DNA of 60,816 nucleotides from a virus (taxonomy: Duplodnaviria > Caudoviricetes): positions 1 through 60,816 of IMG/VR virus record IMGVR_UViG_3300020042_005302; one strand, given 5' to 3'. Below are positions 16,929 through 26,600 of the stretch, in pieces (within the stretch, counting starts at the first letter, position 1; each line of letters begins with the position of its first letter). The translations under genes and the position numbers were made by a program. Under the pieces are notes generated by a model. The model made no database searches. It was not told where the DNA came from and saw only the letters and a list, made by a program, of their open reading frames with translations.

Positions 16929-17693
16929 GTAGACTTTCTTATGCTCATCATTGACGACAAAATCAATATTGAGACTACGAGTAATATCTCGGATTGATGC
17001 ATACGATTTACCGTTGCGTAAAATACATTGAATGGCCAGTGGTTCACCATTGAACACTGGCCCATCTTCCCAAGATAATGCAGCATCAGTCCCATAAACA
17101 AGCCGAACAAAGTCGCGGATAGGCGCATACGTGCGTCCGTTTTCAAGTAGCGCAACAATGTGCTTATCTCCATTTACTATTTTCCAATCGCCACTAGATT
17201 GAACAAGAGACCACGGGCGAATGAAATAGACTAGTTCTTTTCTGCGATTACCATATAGAGATCTGTGTGCAACCTCATAACCATTGCGGCTACCATCATC
17301 GTTGCTATTGCCCTCAATAGATTTCCAAATACCATTATCGTCTTGCCCTTCAACGATACCGATATGAAATGCATCTTGCCTTCCATTAGGAAGTGTCTTC
17401 ACTAGCAACATCAAGTCTCCAACTTGAGGAGACTTATGTAATATGCCCTGCTTCTTAGCAACAGCAAGCCAGACATCACAGTCTGCACTAAAACATATAG
17501 GCCAGTCTAAACCTGACTTGTATTCCCACTCAAGAGCAACACCACTTACAAATGACGCGCACCAAAAACTTCCCAGTGGCGCATTGACAGACATGTTCCA
17601 ACGATCAATCATTGGCCCACAGTTGCTACCCATTGGTTCTTCTTTTACACCAATATATTTTTGCGCAATATCTACAAACAATTGTTTACTCAT
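16908..17693 (-). CDS. Endolysin, CHAP domain plus copper-amine-oxidase-N-like C-terminal domain
   Basis: FWCASFVS, HIGIV, IEGNS; repeated NGRTYAPIRD / NGKSYASIRD. Confidence 0.85.
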   Translation of the reverse strand: MSKQLFVDIAQKYIGVKEEPMGSNCGPMIDRWNMSVNAPLGSFWCASFVSGVALEWEYKSGLDWPICFSADCDVWLAVAKKQGILHKSPQVGDLMLLVKTLPNGRQDAFHIGIVEGQDDNGIWKSIEGNSNDDGSRNGYEVAHRSLYGNRRKELVYFIRPWSLVQSSGDWKIVNGDKHIVALLENGRTYAPIRDFVRLVYGTDAALSWEDGPVFNGEPLAIQCILRNGKSYASIRDITRSLNIDFVVNDEHKKVYLKVPSP

Positions 17694-20600
17694 TACTTCT
17701 CTGCTCCACCTTCAGCGTATCCAGACATAACACCAGATATACCAGAGTCACGTAACGTGTCATAGAAGTTTCGGTATCGTGTGCTTGCTCTCATTTCTTT
17801 TAGCTTAGTCCTATTTGTCTTATTGCCTGAACGTGCTTCTAAGAAGTCCTTTTCTATCTGGTCAGTAGCCTCTAAATTAAGACCGATCATATTGCTTAAA
17901 GATAAGAATGGTAGAGTATCAAAATTTTCTTTTTCTAATGAATACAGATCCTCACCGCTTCTCATTCTTTGCAAATCAATATCATCTTCAATGGCTTCCA
18001 TTTGAGATAACTCGTTGATAGTAAAGAAGATTTCAGTTGCAAAGCGAGACATTTCCTGCGGAGACATCTTTAAAATGGCTCCAATCAATGGAGTGTCTCT
18101 GTAGTTCTCAAGCAATCTCTTGCGCAACTCACGATAACCTAAACTGTTTTCAAATGAAGCTCGATTGTTGTAATCCTTTCCAGATGTAGCAGTTTTCATT
18201 AACCCTAAGATAGGGCTGATTGCATTCTCAAAGTATTGCCTGAAATAGAATTGCCCCATATTTGCAATGTTAGTATCAGTTGGCCTAAGTGGGCGTAGAC
18301 CTTGACGAGTCATACGTCCAAGAGCACCCGGCATAGACATTGAGTATGTCTTACCATTGTGCTCAAACGTCATCATGCCAGCTAATCCATCTTTTATAGT
18401 GTCAGCAATAAACTGGAATTTATCAGGCTTGTCTTCAGAAGCTTCAACAACTGTACCAATAGCAGATCCGTAAGCCAATAATTTTAGTAAACGCCAACCC
18501 AAAGGACCAACTATAGATGATGTCCAACCTTGTGCAACCTTGCGATTAATGTAGCGTTTTGCATATGGTAAAAATTCATCTGAGCCAAGACCGGGTAATA
18601 CTCTCTCCTCAGTTCTCGTACTGATGCGAACTTTTGATCCGGACTTTTCAAGAGACTTATTTGCAAGTTGTTTGCCAGCATAAAGTATATGACCAACAAA
18701 TGGTGTAAGCACAGTTCTCGTCTTAGTATAAGGAGCAGACATAAACAGTTTAGAGAACTTAGATTGAACCGTGTTAAGGTTCTTGCTGTTACTAAATTCG
18801 CCTTGGTCGTTACCACCTAAGAAGTTAACAGACCACGCAACATCCTCAAGTAATTGGGTTTGGAAATCAGCATCCGTTCCTCTAAATCCTTCAGGACGAC
18901 CCGTGTTCATAACTCTGCTGTACTCATCTTGGAATGCCATTATCTTAGTAAGATCACGATACAGGACGTTCGTTCGCTCAAATGCACTTAGTGTTGGTGT
19001 AATCTTTTTAAAGATAGCAGTGATGTGACCTTCACCCAACATGTCATCAAACTTTGCGTTTAACGGTATATCCTCCTTTCGGATAATAGGGTTATCAGCA
19101 AGCGCGTCTTTAAATAAGTTGTAATGCTTGAGATACTCAAGGTTCAATCCGTATGCCTGCATGTCTTCAATTGTTAGGTCAGGCATAAAGCCAAGCACAC
19201 GATCAATGGCTAAGTGGACCATCTTGTCGCCAAGTGCTGTGTCACCAAACTGTGCTAGAGCATGACGTGGATTAGATACCGATTGCTTAAAGCTTGGCAG
19301 ATTTGGCGCCATAGCAGGGAGGCTTAGCAAAACAGAGGTAAGCATTGGAGGCCTATTGCCACGAGCAAGCGCCATGATGTCGCCCACTGGATTTGCAAGA
19401 AGGTAACTCTGGTTAGCCATTGCAGACAAGTCGCGTGATAACTTAGCAATGCGGATTAACGAGTCAGCTTCAAGTAGGATTTTTTCAACTCCTATTGCTC
19501 CAATTCGTATTCCATCAGCAGCAACCTTTTGCGCTTTAATCCAACGCAAGCCCTTTTCATCCACCGATATTTGCATCTGCCCTTCAGGAAGTGTGTTGTC
19601 TTCCTCAAGGATTTTAGTCATATCTAATTCTGGGTCAGGACGCATTGCCTTTCGCACTTCATCAGCAATATCTTCTTGTGTGTTTACACCACGTAAAGCA
19701 TCAATGTCGCGTTGGCTGAAACCATTTGAAAATAAAGTTAATCCCCACGTTTCATCTGAATCTGCCAGTTTGGATGCGATAGATCTGCCTGTAACAATCG
19801 GGTTACCATTCTTATCCTTGCGTCCAGAACCAGTTACGCTCTTAAGTTTTTCAGCTAATGGAGAATCTGTAGTTAGAGCTTTTTCTGCAAGAATCTTAGA
19901 TATGTGGACTTCAGGTAATGATATGCCTAAGATCTGTGACTTGTCCTGTTGAAGTAATTCGCCAAGACCTAACTTACGTCCTTGAGGAATATCCTCCGTA
20001 AATGGAATACCTCGATCTCGAATACGCCACGCACTTACTGTTTCATCCCAAAGAACTTCAAGTGTGCGTAGTGTGACTAATTCACCCGGAACAGGATTCT
20101 TAAATGCTTGAAGTAATCCATTTAAGTTTTGGAACTTTGAAGTCATGTCAACCTTGCCATTTAGATATGCGTTCCTATGTGGCAAAGCAATGGTAATTAC
20201 TTGAGTCTTACCGGGCACACTTGGATCACGCGCTTGTTGCATAGCTGCAGTCAATACTTGTAATGACTCTGAACCAGCAACAAGAAGGTTATCTTTATCA
20301 AATAACTTTGGTGGCAACACAGAACCTTGTTTCATGTTGATTTGAGGAGACAGATAAACATAAACTTCATTTGGATAAGTGTATGATTTTTCTCCAGTGC
20401 GCTCATTTGTTCCAGTCTCAACTGCTACACCAAATAATTTTTCATCAACTGACAACTTAGCCTTACCAGCTCTATCTGACATCATTGCAGTTGCTTTGTA
20501 TAAGTTAGTGCCTTCATTAACAGTATTCTCTAAAGACGTGTCTCTAAACTGCCACGCACCAGTCTTCTCATTTCGTTCGGCAAGGACAACACGGCCGTCA

Positions 20601-23600
20601 TCTGGATTGACTGCGTAGAATGGCTTTAGTCCTTCCGGTTTCTTTACTGTAGCGAGCGCAGCTCTTTGCTCTGCTGACAATGTTGCATCAGTTGTCTCTG
20701 TGATAACAAGCCATGGAGTTTTACCCCGTGCTTGTATTACGTCTACTAAATCGTAGTTTCTCCATTCACGTAAAGCTCGTGCCCTAAATGCTGCATCGGC
20801 ATTCATTCTCTGAGCAAACGATACAAACTGTCGATACACAGTCGAGTCTTTACCAAGTGGATCATTTAGTTTAGTAAGAAGTTCTGTCATAGAAGTAATC
20901 TTAAATTCATCATGCAGGTCTAAGAATCGCTTCATTACATGAGACAAGATTATGTTTTGATTCCGTACATTTGCCAGATTTAAATTATCACCTGAAGTTA
21001 ACTGCGAAAGGTAATCATAAATAGGCTTCCCATTAATTGGCCCGTTGACATTTTCGGTATAACCAAACGGTAGATTATTTGTTAATAATTCCTTGATAAC
21101 GCCAAGACTATCACTAACTGTAAATTGACGCTTTCCAATGAGACGCGCTTGAGTCAATGCGTCAATGCTAGCTTCATCTATTCCGACTGCTTTTAGGCCT
21201 TTAATAAATGCTTGTATGCCGGGAGCTTCTCGTGCAACCTTAGCAAGAGTAGCCAATGCTACAGTTGGGTTAGCCCCATCGGATCCGCCAGCTAATATTA
21301 ACAAGTCGCTAGCAACAGATTGTCGTAAACCAATTTTTGGATCTGTACGTGCATCACCAACCAAAAAGATTTCAGGTGTTGAAAGATATCCATTGCTGTC
21401 TTTGCGACCATAGAAAGTAGCATTGGTTTTATTTTCACCAGAAGATTGAGCAAATCCATCTGCACTGCCACCAAACATTGCAAGCCTGATATTGTTAAAC
21501 GTTTCTTGCATTCCAATAAATGCCGGGATAACAGATTCTGGTTTTCCTTGACTATCCTTTAGGCCTTCATCAAGTGATGCAGCCCATTCCATTTCATTCT
21601 GTATGCCATCTTTGTAAATTTGTGGACGAGCATTTACGCGAGACTTATTAACCGCTGGGTCATCAAAGTCTTCTGGATTAAATCCTTCTTGAGTACCACG
21701 TGGCATTGTGCCTAGAATATTTTCAGTATCTACTACATCTGAATTTATACTAGCTGCTAGCATTGATTCAGCAGTGGCGACTTGATCAAAACTAGATGCT
21801 CTGGACAAAGTTTGAACAGCTTTTTTTGTTCCACCATACAAACTGTATAGTACTGCAGCGGATTGCTTAGAGAATGCTGCGTTACTGTAACCAGATACAC
21901 GTGCTCCAAAACTATTGATCGCGTCAGCTCGCATCAAAAATCTGTAGGACTCATACTTTTTAGTCTTAGGATTAAAGCTATCCATTTTGACCACATAAGC
22001 TAAGTCACCTTTATTAAAGTTGACAGACTTAGTGACCATCTGTCCATTCTCGCGCACCTTGTATTTAAGTAAAACACCATTGTCAACAACTTGATCTACC
22101 TTGACGTAGTTTATATTTTGGAACTTAGAAAACTCATTTTGTTTTGTTGGACTTGACAACATAACATATGTTCCACGTACTGCATCTTGGTCTCCACTTG
22201 GTGGAGCGTAAACCATGTCTTCAATTTCAACGCTTACATCTCGATAGTTTTTACCAAATGCTCTATTGAATATAGAAGCAAACCTTGTTGCTGCTACATC
22301 TATGCGACTAGACCCTGTTAATGAACCAGCACTTAGATACACACCATCCTTTGATGTTAGAGGGGTCAAGTATTTTGCCAACTCAACGTCATCGTTTACA
22401 GCTAAACGCACAACCCAACCTTTATCAAGAGGAGTGTGAGACACAACATTTGAAGAATCTCTACTGTAGAACGTGTCTCCACTTAAGGTCCATCTAGAAA
22501 GAACTTTGCCTCGCTGAACATCAACAGCGCCATAGTCTATGCTTTCATTCATAAAACGAATTGCTGCGCCTAGTCTATTTCCAATACTACGGAAAACAGC
22601 AGATGCGGCTGCGCCGTACGCATAGTTGTCTGAACCTGCAAATACTTGAGGAGATGACAGCGCCATGTTTGTAAGATAAGAAACAACAATCTCGTTAATT
22701 ACAGGGTCTGTAAACGTAACACTGTTTCGATCAGCAATATCTACCTCATACCGCATTTTAAATTCATCAGGTGACAGTGTTTCTTTTTGTGCATCAACAA
22801 GAAGCTTTTCCTTTTTTAGTGCAGAGTAGGCGCGTTGGATTGCAGCTTCTTTACCCTGCACAAGCTTTGTGTAATTTTTTGATGCCCAAGCTAAAGCGTT
22901 ATTTGCTAGCTTATATTTTTCCATCCAAGGCATTGTGTGGTACAAGCCATGAGTTACCTCATGTGCTAGCGCATAAGCATTGCGACCTACATTAGAAGTT
23001 CTATTGAGGTGCAATACCATGTTGACAACATTACGGCTTACGTCATTAGACTCTGGATAAACCATGTGAATAAATGCTTCAGCGCCACGAATGTTTGAGT
23101 TGGTTGTAAATTTGGTTGGATCAAATCCACCAGACAACAACCTTGCGTTCATTGTGTAGAAGTCATTAGTCAACTGTGCAAGTCTGTGCGTCTGAAGAAA
23201 CTCAGCAACGCTATCTCCAAACGAACTATTTATTCCAGAAAACACACGCTTGATAACAGACTTAGGTGTTCCCTTGCTGTCATATTCAATTAGTGAGTTA
23301 TTTTCCCTTACGTAATCAATTACCTGATCAATAGCAACTGCGTCATTTGGATTTGTTGCTCTATCACGAATGGCTTCAAGTGTACGTATATAAAAAGATC
23401 CAGCCTCAATATTACCAAACAGAAGCTCGTGATCCATAACGCGCATAGCATAACTGCGAGCATTCATGTCCCATAGCAATGCTAAGTCATTAGAGATAGA
23501 CGTGGCTAAAGCAGTAGCCTGATCTCCTGCATTTACTGGAAGACCAAGTGTGCGCTTGAATACTTGCGCCATACCAACTCTATTAGTTGCACCGTACTTA

Positions 23601-26600
23601 GTCAGAGTAACTCGGCCGTCTGGTCCGACAGTAAACGCATCTGCATCACCTGCTAAACGAGCAGCCTCTGTAATAGATCCTTCCAGTACAGCTGCTCCAC
23701 CAATACCCTTACCGGGAACTGGAAGTTGAAAATCAATAGCAGATATGTTTACGTTTCCATATTGCCTTAACCATGCAGCTGTTTCTCTAAGGCTCTTACG
23801 CATTAGTTGCACATCTTCTTTAGATACAACTGCTGGCGCAACAGGAGTATCCACGTTGTCTGCAGATATTTCAGCCAGCTTTACTAAAGCTTCTTGCATT
23901 TCACCAAAATCACTACGTCGTGCTGATGAAGATACACGCTCATTGCTAAGGCCTGTTGTTTCACCGTCAGGTATTTTTGCTAGCACACTCATTGATTCAC
24001 GTTCATAAGCATGAACCTCAGTAAATGCTTTTACTGCTTGCTTGTTACCTGCTTGTACGATTGTGTCAACAAACTCTGGTGTTACGGACTGACTTTTAAA
24101 TAACCCAGTAAGGTCATCAATAAATGTTGCCATGAATTCGCCAAATCCATTTTGCTCAATTTCTTCGGCGTATTTCTGACGGTTATTAAGTAAGAGTGTC
24201 TGTAACTCTTCTTGCTCAAAATACCCCGGTGTTTCAGCAACAAGGTCAAACCATTCATTAAAGCTGTCCATACCTTGGTCGCTTTTTACAGCTGGCTCTG
24301 TGCCTTGCGCCTTTGGTTTTGTTACGGCAATACGAGCAGAAACACCACGAGCAAGTGCGTCTGCAGCGTTCTGCAAATCGGATAAGCTCTTAAGTTTATT
24401 AGACTCAGCAAAGTCAATCAAATCCTTAAGTGATAGATCACCAGCAATCTTTGTAGTTTCCGATAAGAAGTCACCTATCTGCTTGCGAGATCCATCGCTT
24501 AATCCACCAAGAAGACTTTCGACAAAAGTTACACGTTCAGCCTCTGGAAGATTATCTACAAAATATTTGACAGACTGCCCATCAATTGTTGCTGGGTCAT
24601 TTGATCGTGCGTATGCAGCAGCAGATTCCGAAAGCATCTTTCGTGCTGCAATTGATCTACGATCTACTGTTGAGCGCACAACATCCATGTAGGAGTTAGT
24701 AGTGATAGGCGCTGTTGATGTACCAGCTTGACCTCCCAGTTCCCTAAGTGCTGTGTTGAATGTGTCAATACTTCTATTGACTTCAGAAGATTGATCAAAG
24801 AATGTTTCAGAATCTGTAAGCTTAACAAGTAGGTCAATCTGCGCTTCTGGAGAAAGTCTAGCTATGTATGACCAAGCCTCTTTGTTTTGCTTAGGCAATC
24901 GTTGAAGAATTGCGCCAAGTCCAATGTCAATGTTAGCCATTTGCTTAGCACGGGTTGCAATATTAATTGCAGCAGCCTTCTTTGATTCATCAGGTAAACG
25001 GCTATAAGCCTGTGTACCATTTAAAACATTTCTAATATGAGTTTCTAACTTACCAGTCTTCCATGTACGTAACGCATAGTTTGCTACAGTATTAATGTCA
25101 GATAGAGTTAACTCACGTTGAATTCTAGTATTACCGGGCACAGGGTTAGAGAAGAATAATACTTCTGTAGCGTCATCAGATATATATGCAATATCACCAG
25201 TATCTAACCACCGCTTTAATCCATTTAAGGCTTCATTCTGACGGATTACAGAAGACGTATTAGCTGGATCAGTTGCTGGTTCGGCTAAAACAGCTTGAAT
25301 AATATGGTCATGGCTTTCAAGTGATGAATTTTTTAACGCCGTGTAGATGATGTCTCCATATTGATTAGGAGTAAGTCGTCTACGACTTTGAATTTGTCGC
25401 AGAAGAGCTGATGCATCTTCAACAGAACCAACCCTACTTAGCTTGTCGGCGCTTGCAGAAGCAAAGACCTGATCAATATCAGCAAACTGACGCAGGAATG
25501 TGTTTGCTCTCTCCTGTTCTTGCTGCACAGCTTTACGTGCTTCTGTTTCAGCAACCATCTCCTGCGATGCTTTACGTTGCTCGGCAGTAGATCGATTAAA
25601 CGGACGCGATGTAGCCAGCGCCTCATCATCTAAGTTGGCAAGATTAAATACGTCATCAGTGCTTAGTCGCTGTATTTCAGCTGGAACAAGTAGACTCGAA
25701 TGTATGAGGCTAGTTGGATCATCAAAGCGACCAGCCAGTTTAACCCCAACACCTTCCTTGCCAACAGAAACAACAACCGCGCGTTTTGACTCTTCACGCA
25801 ATGGTGTTACACGAATAAGATCCGTACCCTCTTGGCGAGACCGAATAAGTACAATGTCGCCAACTTTAATAGGTTGCTCCATACCTAAGTACATGGAAAC
25901 AGGTTCATCATCGGATTGCCTATTTAAGCCAAGTACATAGTTAGATATCTGGGCTTCATACTTCCTACGTAAAGCCTCTGTATCAGGCGCAGGTTTACTT
26001 TGTTCGGGAAGTAATTCACTATTGTAGTTATCACGCATGCGTTTTATAGCAGCTTGATTTACGTCAGTCAAATGAACACGAACTTGACTGCTAGGGTCAT
26101 CTTTATCTAAAAGAATATCAATTTGATCAGGTATTGTGCCTCGTGCTTGATCAAGTACGCTGGCACTCCATCCATATATACGAGCCTTAGAACTCAATCC
26201 AGTTAATGGAGGCATAGGCTTGTCAGTCATGATGCGACCAGCGGAAGCAGTTTTAATCTGACGAATTACAGCACCCGATGGTAATTGATACCAATAGAAA
26301 TCTCCATTATCTCCTAGGTATCGTGCTTGGAATTTCTTTGCATTGATATATACAGACTGTGGAAAGTCACGAGCGTCAGCAGAACGCTGACCTTCGTCAA
26401 GTAATACAGCATCAACTCTATCCTGTAATGGGTTACCACCATCATTTAATGCTGTTTCAATTTCATTTAGGATGCGCATTCCAGCTTCTCCTTTCGGGAG
26501 AATTTGCTGTAATGACTCACGGCCCATCAACACAGTGCGTGTTAATTCCGCTCCTACATTTACTTCGGGTCTAGCAGATATATAAACTCCACCAGCATCA